Positions 34,276 to 46,692 of a stretch of DNA of 64,000 nucleotides are shown piece by piece. The DNA lies in the NCBI RefSeq assembly GCF_030144855.1, contig NC_082710.1, forward strand, positions 144,150,001 through 144,214,000, in the 5' to 3' direction. Positions within the stretch are counted from its first letter, which is position 1. Each line of letters starts with the position of its first letter. Source of the stretch: Hypanus sabinus (Eukaryota). Made by a program: the position numbers and the translations under genes. The notes under the pieces were generated by a model. It was not told the DNA's origin, ran no database searches, and was given only the letters and a program-made list of their open reading frames with translations.

Positions 34276-34788
34276 GCTGATTTAAAAGAAAAACATTAAA
34301 AAATTGTTTGATGTAGTTGTACAAAATCACAGAAAAAAATGTGCTAAAGGAGCCAATTCGGCCCATGTCTGCGGCAGACAAAAAGACACTAATCACACAT
34401 TGCAGCTTTGGTGTCAAATTTTTCTCGTCCCAGCAACATTATCATCTCTTCAGCCAGTTCAGTACAATTTGTTTCTGTAGCTTGGAGATCTGTAACTGGG
34501 ACATTGTTTGCACTTTCAGCATAACGTGCCTGCTCTTGCATTTATGTCTTTCACCTTTAAGGATCTGTAGACATATACTTACACACTTAATGTCATCCTG
34601 TTGTATACAAGCCCTTCCCAAGTTATGGAAGGCCTGATTTTGGGAAATCTAACTATGCAATTCTCCCTAATTTTAAAATATTTTTCAAAATGGTAGTCAG
34701 TGATGGAAAGGCAAGCTAATGTCCATTAGGAACTGGATATAGTATATATTCTTTCGATTTAATTATGGGCAGTGTTGTGGTGAGCAAA

Positions 34789-35660
34789 CACTCAGTGGCC
34801 ACCTTATTAGGTACCCTGTTCACCTCTTTAATGTAAATATCTAATCAGCCAATCATGTGGCAGCAACTTAATGCATAAAAGCATACAGACACAGTTAAGA
34901 GGCTCAGTTGTTTAGAACAAACAACAGAATAGGGAAAAATGTGATCTAACTGAATTTGACCACAGAATGATTGTTGGTGCTAGATGGGGCAGTTTGAGTA
35001 TCTCAGAAACTGCTGATCTAGGATTTTCACACACAAAAATCTTGAATTTACAGAGTTTTGTGAAAAACAAAAAATAAAATCCAGTGAGCAGCAACGTATG
35101 TGACTGTATGTGTTGGATTGTACTATGATTTGCAAGTAGAATGGCCAGACTGGTTCAAGCTGACAGGAAGGTAAAGGTAACTCAAATAATCATGTGTTAC
35201 AACAGTGGTTTGTAGAAGAGAATCTCTGAATGCACAACACATCAAACCTTGAAGTGGAGGGGCTGCAGCATCAGAAGGCCACAAGCACTCTGTGGCATTG
35301 TTCCTTCTAAGCTACACAATGTGCAGTAACTGAAACTTTCCCGTGCACACAGCCTTTGTTGGTTGGTGCGCAGCTGGAATTGGACGCATCTAGAAAAAGT
35401 TTACGAAATGTGAAAGATTTTCTTTGTACTGTATTTCATTATATCCTTCAATTAATTAATAAAGTATGTGATTTTTCAATTTTCATTATAAATGTTCATA
35501 ATATGCTTATTACAAAGAAAAGCATTTAAAGCATCAAGCAGTTTTCAGGCTCTGAAAAATTTTCCTGCTCAGAACAATGGTTGGTCTGCGCAACCGTAGA
35601 GGGAGAGTTGCTCAGTGACTATTAGGTACTGCAGGTACCTAATAAAGTCGCCACTGAGTG
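34789..35660 (+). mobile_element. Non-autonomous Tc1-like transposon
   Basis: TIRs CACTCAGTGGCCACCTTATTAGGTAC / GTACCTAATAAAGTCGCCACTGAGTG|TA; N-terminal remnant CDLTEFDHRMIVGARWGSLSISETADL. Confidence 0.85.
35296..35610. mobile_element. hAT-type MITE nested in the Tc1 element
   Basis: cattgttccttcta...tagagggagagttg; degenerate 8-bp TSD ctctgtgg/ctcagtga. Confidence 0.55.
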
Positions 35661-35780
35661 TAGATGAAATGAAGGAATTATAGAAAGTGTGTGCAGAGCA
35701 AGACAATCTGGATAGCCAAAGATTCTATGGATATTGAACAATATGGACAATTTTGAGATAAATTCCATTTCTGAATCCTA

Positions 35781-36074
35781 TGAGGGGTGATTGATAAGTT
35801 CATGGCCTAGCACATTTATTTTTCAACATAGTCCCCTCCTACATTTTACACACTTAGTCCAGTGGTCTTGGAGCATACGGATGTTGGACCTCCAGAAAGT
35901 GTCCACAGCAGGGGTGATTAATAAGTTCGCGGCCTAAGGTAGAAGGAGATGAATTATACAGCTCTCATTATGTGCACATGCAGTTCAACTCTTTGAGTGA
36001 TTATGCAGAAAGTTTGAAGTTAATAATTCATCAGGGGTAATTGATAAGTTCGTGGCCTATGGTAGAAGGAGATG
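35781..36074 (+). mobile_element. Mariner-like element fragment with three direct terminal subrepeats
   Basis: aggggtgattgataagttcgtggccta-like unit at ~35781, 35909, 36032; preceded by TA. Confidence 0.6.
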
Positions 36075-36892
36075 CTTTCTGCCACTGCCTTCAGCACCAG
36101 CCATGGTGCCAGCAATCGCAGCCTTCTGCCAGGAAAGTGGTTTTGGCAGATTTTTGTTTGAATATAAACATTAGCATGGAAAAGAGCCCTGTAAGTTGAG
36201 TTGTAATACTCAGGAAGTGCTTGTATGTGCTTTAAATAAACTTGTAATTTGTGATTTATCTACACTAATTCTTGCTGAAAATTATGTTGCTTTTAATGAT
36301 ATTTACTCATAGGCTTAAATTGCTTTGCTGTTTTTTAAAGTGCAGTTTTAAGGATTCATGTTGAGTCTTTCACATTTCAGATCCTTGCAGTTTAATGAGC
36401 TCAATGTGGCCATATTTGCATCAGTCCTTATTAGTGTCTCCAGTGAAGTCCTCTTTACGTTGGCAAATGTAATGATCTTGTCATAGACCTGCATTAATGG
36501 ACACAGCAGAAAGTAAATTAATTGAATATTTTGTGAGCTTCCATGATTTACAACTATTTGACTACAAAGTGGGGATAGGAGAGCAACAATGTTAATGAAT
36601 TTCACAACATATGCCATGATATAAAACCTGATTCTGATTCCGAACAATGCGCTAATTAGAATTAACTGTTTCTTTTTGATGAATTACGCAGAAAACACAT
36701 AAGAGATATGGACCATTAAGTCCATCTTGACTCTGGTGGCTTCCTTTCACCCTCTCGAGAACTTACTCCTGCCTGCCTCAACCACCCTGTCTGGCTGTGA
36801 GTTCTACATCTTTCCCCACTCTACATACACAGAATTCCTTTTCAATTCATGAGAGAATCAAGAACGGATTCTTAGAGATTCAAGCACTTCAT

Positions 36893-37033
36893 GAGCACAA
36901 GGAAGTCTGCAGATGCTGGAAATTCAAAGCAACAGACACAAAATGCTGGAGGAATTCAGTGGATCAGGCTGCATCTACTGAAAATACAGTAATACATAGT
37001 TGATATTTTGGGCTGAGACCCTTCTTCAGGACT
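36893..37033 (-). mobile_element. Penelope terminal-repeat fragment with decayed hammerhead
   Basis: ctgcagatgctggaaattcaaagcaacagacacaaaatgctggagg; reverse strand agtcCTGAAGAagggtctcagccc(a)AAA. Confidence 0.75.
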
Positions 37034-37244
37034 TGTTTGGTTCTAGTTTCCAATAGTTAATAACTTGTTTCTTGTTTCCAATAGTTAAATTTGTAAATTT
37101 TGTCGTGTAGTTGCCTTTGCCTTCTCAAGCTTAAGTTGTACACACAAGTATGTGATATTAAAAGATTCCGCACCAGGAACTACATGAAGCAAAGTTGTTA
37201 GCAACAAGTTACTGCATTGTCTTTATAGAGCAGATTAGAAAAGG

Positions 37245-38116
37245 TCAAAGTCAAATATATTATCAGAGTACATACGCATCACCACATACAACACAGATAC
37301 TTCTGTGGGCATATTTAGCAAATCTATAGAGCAGTAACGGTAAACTGTAAACAAACTGCAAATGCAGGCAAAAATAAATAGTAAATAACGAGCATGAAAT
37401 AACAATATAACAGAGTCCTTAAATGAGTGGAGCTATCCTCTTTTGTTCAAGAGCTTGATGGCTGAGGGGTAGTAACTGTTCTTGAAACTGGTGGAGTGAG
37501 TCCTGAGGCACCTGTACCTTCTATCCGCTGGCAGCAGCGAGAAAAGAGCGTGGCCTAGGTGGTGGGGATCTGTTAATGATGGATGCTGATTTTCTACAGC
37601 AATGTTTCATGTAGATGTGTTCAAAGGTTAGGAGAAATTTACCCTTAATGTACTGGGCAAATCCGCTACCTTTTGTAGGATTTTCCACTCAAAGGCATTG
37701 GTTTTCCCATACCAGCCGGTAATGCAATCAGTCAGCACACTTTCCACCACACATCTATAGAAGTTCGCCAAGGTTTTTGATGACATACCGAACCTCCGCA
37801 GACTCCTGAGGAAGTAGAAGCACTTTTGTGCTTTTTATAATATTTATAAGATTGGTCCAGGACAAGTCCTTTGAGATGGTGACACCCAAGAATTTAAAGT
37901 TAATGACCCACTTCATCTCTGATCCTCCAATGATGACTTTCTCATTTCCCTCTCTTGAAGTCTGCAATCTATTCCTTGGTCTTATTGACAATGGGTGAGA
38001 GGTTGTTGTTATTACACCACTCAGCCAAGTTTTCAGTCTCCCCTGTATGCTGATTCATCACCCCCTTTGATACAGCCTAAGCAGTGGTGTCATCAGCAAA
38101 CTTGTAGATGGTGTTA
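37245..38116 (-). mobile_element. Rex1/Babar-type LINE RT fragment
   Basis: Reverse strand KFADDTT at ~38085-38102; FKFLGVTISKDLSW. Confidence 0.8.
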
Positions 38117-39294
38117 GGACTTCAGATACAACAGGTTACGTGCTGGTGAAAATTGGGCAGGGTTTTCTTCAAGCAGGCCTGATTAAAATTGCTGACTATA
38201 ACTTGAAATGCATCAGGATGGGCCATTTCTTACTTACAGACAGCATCATGCAGTTTCGCAAGTGCTTGCTTATAATTGGCTGATGGTGGTATGTTAACTG
38301 TGGTCAGGATCATGGATGAAAACTCTTGAGGCAAATAGAATGGTCTACATTTAATCAATAGTTGAAGATACTTTGCAATTATTCCTAATAATTCTCTTTA
38401 TCCAGATCATTCCACTTTGGAAGAGTACACAAGGAAATTATGCAGATTTTAATTTTACACAGAATATTAATAGCATTTTTAATATAAAAATGCAACTTAC
38501 CATGTCCTCCAAAATTGGTGGCTCTCTGGATAAGCAATGTCCTCTCTCCAGGTTATGTATCTCCTACTGATAGTGAAAGCCTTCATCTGAAAAGTCACCT
38601 GGTATCTTCTGTTGGGTACATGTTCATGGCCAACTTAAGCAGCATTCTCTCACTGTGAGTCAGTGATTTGTAACCATTAACCAATCTAAAGTCAGCAACT
38701 TTGGTTCAGTGAAAGACTGAATGAAACCCTCCACGAAAGCTGCCTATCACATTTCCTGCACTCAGTGGCCATTTTATAAAGAATCTCCTGTACCTAATAA
38801 AGTGGCCACTGAGTGTATGTTCATGGTCGTTGGCCCATCCACTTCAAGGTTCAAAGTGGTGTGCATTCAGAGGCGATCTTCTGCACTCCACTGTTGTGAC
38901 GTGTAGCTATTTGAGTTACTGTCATCTTACGGTCAGCTTGAACCAGTCTGGCAAAACTTAATTCCAATCCAGCTCATACAGTCACAAACATTGCCACTCA
39001 CTGGATTTTTTTTTTGGTTTTTTTGCAAAACTCTTTAAATTATATAGATTATTGTATTAAAATGCATGAAAATCCCAGGGGATCGGCAGTTTCTCAGATA
39101 CTCAAACCACCTCATCTGGCACCAACAATCATTCCATGTTCATAGTCACTTAGATGACATTTCCACACCATTCTGTTGCTTGGTCTGAATAACAACTGAA
39201 CCTCTTGACATGTCTGCATCTTTTCTGCATTGAGTTGTTGCCACATAATTGGCTGATTAGATATTTGCATTGACAAGCAGGTGTACCTAATAAA

Positions 39295-40874
39295 AACACA
39301 AAATGCTGGCAGAACTCAGCAGGCCAGACAGCATCTATGGGAGGAGGTAGTGATGATGTTTCGGGCCAAAACCCTTCATCAGGAGTGAAGTAACATGGGA
39401 TGGTTGAGGGGGTAAGAAGTGGGGGGAGAGATAAAGTAGAGAGCTATGAAGTGATAGGTTGGAGGGAAATGGGCTGGGGGGGAAGGTGGAGAATTGTGGG
39501 AAATAAAAGAGAAAGAAAGGTAGGGCTGGGGGGAGATATATTAAGGGGGAAAAAAGAGAAAGAGTGCCAGGCTAAAATAATAGATTGGGATGGGGGTAAG
39601 GCGGGGCAGGGGGATCAACGGAGGTCTGTGAGTTGAATGTTCATGCCGGCAGGTAGGAGGCTACCTAGGCGGGAGATAAGGTATTGCTCCATCGACCTGC
39701 ATGTGGCCTCATCTTGACGGTAGAGGAGGCCATGGACAGACACATCGGAGTGGGAGTGGTCTGTGGAATTGAAGAGTGTGGCCACAGGGAGATCCCACCA
39801 CTGCTGGAGGACTAAGTCCGGTGTTCGGTGAAACGGTCTCCTAGTCTGCGGTGGGTCTCTCCAATGTATAAATGGCCATATTGGGAGCACCGGATATCAC
39901 CCCAGTTGACTCACAGGAGAAGTGGTGCCTCACCTGAAAGGACTGTCGGGGGCCTGGGATGGTGGTGAGGTAAGAAGTGTGGGGACAGGTGTAGCACTTC
40001 TTCCGTTTGCAGGGATGAGTGCCCGGAGGGAGGTCGGTGGGGAGGGATGGGGGGGATGAATGGACAAGGGAGTCGCGTAGGGAGCGATCCCTGCGGAAAG
40101 CCGAGAGTGGGGGGAAGGGGAAGATGTGGCTGGTGGTGGGATCATGTAGGAGGTGGCGGAAGTTACGGAGGATTATACGTTGGATCTGTAGGCTGGTAGG
40201 GTGATAGGTGAGGACCAGGCGGACTCTATCCCTGGTGGGCTGGCAGGGGGATGGGGTGAGGGCAGAGGTGTGTGAAATACGGGAGGGCAGAGTTGATAGT
40301 GGATGAAGGGAAGCCCCTTTCTTTAAAAAAGGAAGACATCTCCTTTGTCCTAGAATGAAAGGCCTCATCCTGAGAGCAGATGCGGCGGAGGCGGAGGAAT
40401 TGAGAGAAAGGAATAGCATTTTTGCAGGAGACAGGGTGGGAGGAGGAATAGTCCAGGTAGCTGTGGTAGTTAGTAGGTTTGTAGTAGACGTCGGTGGATA
40501 GGCTGTCTCCAGAGATAGAAACAGAAAGATCTAGAAAGGGGAGGGAGGTGTTGGAAATAGACCAGGTGAATTTGAGGGCGGAGTGAAAGTTGGAGGCGAA
40601 GTTAATGAAGTCGACAAGCTCAGCATGTGTGCAGGAAGCAGTGCCGATGCAGTCATCGATATAGTGCAAGAAAAGAGGAGGACAGATACCGGTGTAGGCT
40701 TGGAACATAGATTGCTCCACATGGCCGACAAAAAGGCAGGCGTAGCTGGGACCCATGCGGGTGCCCATGGCTACACCTTTAGTTTGAAGGAAGTGGGAGG
40801 AGCCAAAGGATAAATTATTAAGGGTGAGGACTAATTCCGCCAGGCGAAAAAGAGTGGTGGTAGAAGGTGACTGG
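39295..40874 (-). mobile_element. 5'-truncated Penelope-like retroelement (RT plus GIY-YIG) with 8-bp TSD
   Basis: GVAMGTRMGPSYACLFVG, YIDD, LPFLDL, VYYKPT, YSSSHP..CKNAIPFSQFLRLRRICS, CKRKKCYTC, YIGET; TSD CTAATAAA 39287-39294 / 40875-40882. Confidence 0.93.
39350..39388 (-). ncRNA. Minimal hammerhead motif, both core boxes intact
   Basis: Reverse strand CTGATGA-a-gggttttggccc-GAAA-catc; helix I pairing poor. Confidence 0.5.
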
Positions 40875-40959
40875 CTAATAAACTGGTCACTGAGTGTAGA
40901 AAACAGGATGGAAGTGTATGCTGCAAAATAGTTTGGATCTGTCCTGCAGCCATAAAGGA

Positions 40960-41472
40960 TGCTTTTTTGCAGTAGCAGTGCCGAGCAATAAATTAAAAAT
41001 TGCTATAATTTATAATAAGAAATATTTAAATATATAAATAAATTGAACTAAAAGAGAGCAAAATAGGGAGCTGGTGCTCTTGGACTATTCAGGAATCTGA
41101 CAGTGGAAGGGAAAAGAAATTCTTAAAATGTTTAGTGTGCACCTGCAGACTCTTGTACCTCCCCCCTCATGGTTGTAATAAGCAGGGGGCATTTTCTGCC
41201 TTCCTGAGGCATTGCCTTTTGGAAATGACCTGGAAATTGGGGAGGATTGTGCCTGTGATTGAGTGGCTGAATCAATAATCCTCTGCAGTTTTTCTCAATC
41301 CTGTGCATTGGCAACTCCATACCAGGTAGTGGTGCAACCTATCAGAATGCTCTCTATGATACAATCTATAGAAATTTGCTGGAGTCTTCGGTGAGGTACC
41401 AAATCACCTCATCCAACCTCTGGTGTGCTTTCTTTGTGGTCGCACCAACATGTTGAGCCATGGGCAGATCCT
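40960..41472 (-). mobile_element. Rex1/Babar-type LINE 3' fragment
   Basis: EDLPMAQHVGATTKKAHQRL. Confidence 0.7.
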
Positions 41473-41629
41473 CTGTGCATGTATAGAATATGTCAGGGAC
41501 CAGCAATCTCCCCCTTTGTTTGCCTGACTTTGATCTCAGCCAGTCAATCATCTGTCTGGTTCTGCTTTCACAGATGCTGCTTAGCTGCCTGGGCTCTTCC
41601 AGCGTTTCTGCTGTTGCATCAGGTTCCAG

Positions 41630-42260
41630 TGTCCGATTCCGCAGTTGTATTGATTTTTCCACTAACCTTGGTTAAATTCTGTCAATGTCAACCCCGACGA
41701 CATCTCCGGGCTGATGAACAGGGGAGTCCCAACAATCCGTCAATCAACCCCACGCTATCCTATCTGCTCCCAGATCGCTCCACACCAATCGGCTGGTAGT
41801 TGTGGGGCGGGGCGATGTTACCGGTTGCCCCGCCTCAGAATCCGATCTCCGCCAGATAATTGGAGCATCGGCTGTCAAACACGGGCATTCCAGCGAATGA
41901 ACGGGCTCATCTGTTCGGATCAGCTCGCTAGCTCGTTCGTTCTGGCCAATCGAAGCCTGGGGGGGGGGAGGGAGTGGCAAGATGGCGGTGGTGTTCAGTG
42001 GGAGGCTCGGTGGTCGGCAGCTGCAGTAAGTTGGCGGAAGGCGGCGCTTCCCGGAGCTAAGGGGGCTAGATCCCCGTGATGGAGGACGGGGTCAGGGCAT
42101 GACAGGGCTGTTCGCGATGTGGGGACAAACCCGGCCCACAGTAACCCTAATCCTCCACTCTGCGTCTTTAACGCTTTCTTCAACTTCCAACCCCCCTTCC
42201 GCTCCTTCAGCCCAATCTCACCCCACCGTTCTGACCTCTGCTTCACTGTCACCGTCTGGT
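41630..42260 (+). promoter_or_regulatory. CpG-island, TATA-less promoter
   Basis: Only CpG-dense non-repeat segment. CCAAT 41785 and 41946, ATTGG 41859, GC box GGGGCGGGGC 41804-41813, CCCCGCC 41828, YY1-type CAAGATGGCGG 41978-41988. Confidence 0.85.
41982..42025 (+). CDS. CLYBL: First coding exon of downstream gene, MAVVFSGRLGGRQL(Q/H); probably CLYBL (citramalyl-CoA lyase) mitochondrial presequence
   Basis: Strong Kozak AAGATGG in CpG island, CA|GTAAGT donor (phase 2), Arg-containing acid-free peptide. The name rests only on TM9SF2-CLYBL-ZIC5/ZIC2 synteny; no diagnostic CLYBL exon 2 seen in the window. Confidence 0.6.
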
Positions 42261-43231
42261 GTCTAGTTGAGAAAGTTTTCCTTCATATACACAAGCTCTG
42301 TAACCTACACACACACTTATTTTGTATAAATACTTATTTAAAATTAATATAATTCCATCGTAAAAAGTGAGTTACAAATTTGATACAAGTCACTGTTCAT
42401 CTATATATTTTTCAATGGGAGTTTGCAGTGTTTATTTTGCAATTATATCAATTCTACCCTTCCCCATTCTTGGAATTGAATTAGGAAATCAGTCATGATC
42501 TTGATGAATAACAGAATATGCTTCAGTGCCAATTTTACTACCTTTCCTTACTTTCCTTCACACGGAGTACACAATTAAAGCAAATGAGTCCTTGACACGT
42601 GGATGTGCGGGAAATCAAGGCTTACGGCGGAATTTGTCTATGTACAAAGGATTAGTTTACTTGGGTGTGAATTAGTTTGGGAAAAGCATTGTGGGCCAAA
42701 GGGCTAGTTCCTGTACTTGTTATTATACTTGTAGAAAATTACGCCTTTCAAACTTGTGCTTGCTGACTTACATTGCTTTCCATTTACGTTGCATCTAATT
42801 TTAAATTCTCATTGTTTTTGAATCCATAGCTTGCTCCTTCCGAGTAAACATCCTTACACCCTTTTTATTACAAAAGTTTATTCATCAACATTGCACAATA
42901 ATCAATAATTTAGTTACATATTAAAATACAGTTATTAGTATCTGCAACACATTTATGCCCCAAGGGGTTCCTTACAACGTTTTTTATATCCCTATAATCC
43001 TAGGCTCTTGAACATCCAGGAATTTGGTCAGTCCATCTGTGGCTTTTATTCCACTGGAAGAGCTTAAGAAGCTCTTAACGCAGAAATATGCAGTTAATGG
43101 AGGAATATGGGTGTTATGTTAGTAAAAGAGGTTAGATTGACATTTAATTATTAGTTTGGTAAATTGCTGTGGGTGGAAGGATCTGTTCTTGTGCTGTACT
43201 TTCTTATGTTTTATGATACTTTAAAACAATT

Positions 43232-43472
43232 TTTTTTTATTGAGATTCAGTGTGAAGTAGGCCCTTCCAGCCATTGGAGCAGACAATCCCCTGATTTAAG
43301 GCTAGCCTAATCCATGGGACAATTTACAATGACCAGTCAACCTACCAACTGGAGGAAACTCACCCACGTAGTCATGGGGAGAACGTACAAACTCCTTACT
43401 GGCAGCAGCAGGAATTGAACCTGGATCACCTGCACTATAAAGTGTTCTGACCACTACACTACCGTGCCTCCC
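43232..43472 (-). mobile_element. V-domain SINE
   Basis: Reverse strand ggcacggtagtgtagtgg (A box), ggttcaattcc (B box), aaggagtttgtacgttctcccc. Confidence 0.8.
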
Positions 43473-44277
43473 CATGAACACCAAACTCCGACACCCTGAG
43501 CTGTATTATCACTTTTGGACCCACCGTGCCTCATTTGGCCTGATGGCAGAGACTTCTAATTATCCCAGTCCCATATTATTCATCTAGAACAATGTAAATA
43601 TTGTTTCCAGCTCAATATTGATTTATTATTCATGAACTGGATTTGAAATGGGTCAAGTAGCCTTTTTGCCTTTTTTTTCTTGGTTCCCACAGTATAAGAA
43701 AATAAAACATTTGGTTGTCTTACTCCAGTCTGATGGGCTTCATTGAGGACTGCTAACCATTATCTAACTGCTGGAATTAATGTTGTAACCTTATCTACAG
43801 GATCTTCAGGAACACAAGGTTGTCTCTGCTGCACAGCCCCTTCAGAGTAGTTGACAGAGGATTATATTTGTGAGTAAATGATTGAAATTGTACACATTAT
43901 TGAAAAAATAGACTGTAGCTTGTTCTGGCTGGTTTTACAAGGTTATAACAAGTCTGTTAATGCTTCTAGAACAGCTGGTAAAAATCCTGTGTTTATTTTT
44001 CTCAAAGACTGTTGCAAACCAGAAAGAGTGCATTTTTGAAAGAAACTTCCACGCACTCCCATTCCCCAAATCCTTCCCCTTAGCCTTGGTAAATTTTCCT
44101 TCAAATTGTTATCTCTGTCAATATATTCAGTGCTCCACCCATCCTTGAGATTGCTGCCATATTTCTTATGCTATTGAATATCCAATCCAAGTTTTCTCCC
44201 AATATTTTTTGTCCTTCACTTTCCTTGTTTTATAGTTTTGTGTGACCTTGCCCACTTTCCAGTTAGCAGGCAGTCTA

Positions 44278-44690
44278 ATCAGATTTATTATCTGTGTTTT
44301 GTGATTGTAGGACAGTGCCAGGATATAAAATTACTGTAAATTTCAAAAACAAATAATAGTGTAAGTAAAAGGAATAAGGAGGTCGTGTTCAAGGACTATT
44401 TAAAAATCTGAATTCAGAGGCGAAGAAGCTGCCTGAATTCTTGATGAGTTGGGCCTTCAGGCTCCTGCACCTCCTGCCTGATGCTTGTGATGAAAGAGGG
44501 TATGACCCTGATAGAGGATCCTTAGTGATGGATGTCAGTTCTTGAAGTTGTCCTTGATGGTGAAGTTTCTCTGGTGATGAACCATCTCTTTCTACAACCC
44601 TCTGCAGCCTCTTGCAATCCTGACCATCAGAGAGCATCCATTATCAATCAGAATGCGCTCCACCATACAGCTATAGAAATTTGTAAGAGT
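44278..44690 (-). mobile_element. Rex1/Babar-type LINE 3' fragment
   Basis: QDCKRLQRVVE..ITKDP..SGRRCRSLKA. Confidence 0.7.
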
Positions 44691-44784
44691 CATAAGTCAT
44701 TGCAGCAAAGTTGGATTTATAGTCATACTTAACCCTGTCTTTGCTGGATAAAACTCCTTGATTTATCGAGCTATTCCTTGTAGT

Positions 44785-45110
44785 GCAGCAGCATAGTGGT
44801 TATGTTGCTGGACTCATACCCAGAAGCCTGGCTGGCTGGTTCATAAACATGTCAAATTCCACATGGTATTTGGAGGATTTAAATTCAAGTAGTTTAAATA
44901 ATTCTGAAATAAAATTTAGTATTGATAAAATACATAGTTAACCAGGGAAGGAAATCTGCTGTAGTACCCAGTGGGTCATAGATGTCACTCCAGACCTACT
45001 TATATGATTAACACTGAAATGGCTCAGCAAGTCAAATGGTTCTGGGAGCAATTAGGGAAATTGGTAGACCTATCAGTGACACCCTAGTTCCCATAACTAA
45101 ATGCAGAAAA
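44785..45110 (+). mobile_element. Old tRNA-derived SINE (family uncertain)
   Basis: gcatagtggttatgttgctggact head; agggaaggaaatctgc...actccagacc...gcaattaggga body. Confidence 0.5.
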
Positions 45111-45349
45111 GAACTCTTCTGATTATGCCAGCATTTGACATTGATTTTTATTTCTCACCTTGATAAGAAGGTAAAGTTAGCAATGGGGGCACCTTGGCCC
45201 AGCTGGCCATTCAAGCTGCTCCTCATTTAATATGATCATGGCTGGTTTAATCTTGACTTCCACTTCATTTGGCTGTCTGTTTGCCATAAGCTGTGATTTC
45301 CCCTAGATGAAAATGTTGCTTATTTACGCTTAAATATATTTAAAGATCC

Positions 45350-45640
45350 AGAGGCATGCAGGAGTTATTGCTGCTCTGCCACAGATCCAACAACCCAGGT
45401 TCGATTCTGACCTCGTGCACTGCCTTTGCACAGTTTGCACATTCTCCTTATATCCATGTGCGTTTTCCCTTCGGTGTTCCAGTATACCCCTGCCTCTCAA
45501 AGATGTGCTGATTGCTATAAATTACCTCTAGTGTAGGGAATTGATGTTTGAGGGAAAAAGAATAGGTTATAGGGAAATGTGAGTGAATGAGACCAGTGGA
45601 AGTACTTGGGCTGTGTGGCTTCTTTCTATGTGATGGAAAA
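45350..45640 (+). mobile_element. V-domain SINE
   Basis: ggttcgattc B box, agtttgcacattctcc. Confidence 0.65.
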
Positions 45641-46329
45641 ATGAAGAAAAATATAAAACAAATGAGCATTCTCAGTTTTCAAAGTAGAACATTCCAAACT
45701 CCATCTCCTTATTCTGAAATGATGTTCAGATTTATTTGTGAAGGACAACATCTCTGCCCTATACAGCTCTTTTTAAAATCTCAAATGTTTCGGACATGAG
45801 TAATTATGCTGTTCATATTTTTTCCATTCAGACAATATGATTTGGTGTCATTGCAGTCTCTTGTTTCTTTGAGAAAGCCCATACTTTGCAGTATTCTTTA
45901 AAATGTTTCAGCAGTAAAACTCTCCACTTTGCCAAATGGCACACATCATTAGCACAGAATTAGCTGAGTAAAGGGAAAATTCCTCCTTCTTTGTGCTGGC
46001 GTTTGTTATGAATGAGTGGTATTGTAACAGAATATGTGAATTCATGAATTGGCAAGCAAGGTAGATGAAAGTATCTCACCGAAGTCCCTCCCTGAATTTC
46101 AGAAGGTCACCATCATCATTGTTTCTTTAGCAATTATCTTCTTTTATGAGGCCAAGTTGCTGGCTCAATGCCCGACCCAGCAGAGATGGAAAGTGTGCAA
46201 GGAGCCAGCTGGTTTGAACATGGGACAACTTGCTTCAACATCCAGCGTGGATGCCACCTCACCACCAGCTGGCTTATCACCGACTTGAATTATGTGAAAT
46301 CTGTTGTTTGTGGGAGTAGTACATCAAGT

Positions 46330-46692
46330 TATTGTTTTTCACAAAAATAAGTAGTGCAAAAGAAAAGGAGTAACAAAATAGTGTTCATTGGTTCATGGAT
46401 CATTTCAAAATGTGATGGCAAAGGGGAATCTGAATCAGGTTTAATATCACTGGTATCTGTCGTGAAATCTTGTTGGTACGCGGCAGCAGTATATTGCAAT
46501 ACATAGTAATAAAAACAGTGGTTTACAGTAAGAAATATATATAATATAGTTAAATAGTGCAAAAAAAAACAGTGAGGTAGTGTTTGTGGGATCAGTGTCC
46601 ATTCAGAAATCTGATGGCAAAGGGGAAGAAGCTGTTCCTGAATCATTTCTGAAGCTGTTTATGAATTGGGTCTTCAGGCTCCTGTGCCTCCG
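46330..46692 (-). mobile_element. Two or three stacked Rex1/Babar-type LINE tails
   Basis: Repeated agtgcaaaa...gtgtt...cat(t)caRaaat.tgatggcaaagggga at ~46352 and ~46556. Confidence 0.6.

Larger units (their letters stand above)
38759..40896 (-). mobile_element. Second Tc1-like copy (same family as 34789-35660), one TIR split by a Penelope element
   Basis: cactcagtggc at 38759; reverse homology to 34840-35280; gtacctaataaa|insertion|ctggtcactgagtg|TA. Confidence 0.85.

Noticed and set aside
35781-36074. CRISPR-like repeat-spacer array
   Set aside because: Vertebrate DNA, three degenerate units with ~85-100-nt gaps, no cas genes; transposon subrepeats
41714-42079. 121-aa ORF across the CpG island
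   Set aside because: GC-rich chance ORF with no recognisable domain; the Kozak ATG plus donor in another frame is better supported
43410-43472. tRNA genes at A/B-box-bearing sites (also ~22520, 45390, 54780)
   Set aside because: SINE heads followed by V or Deu domains; no cloverleaf
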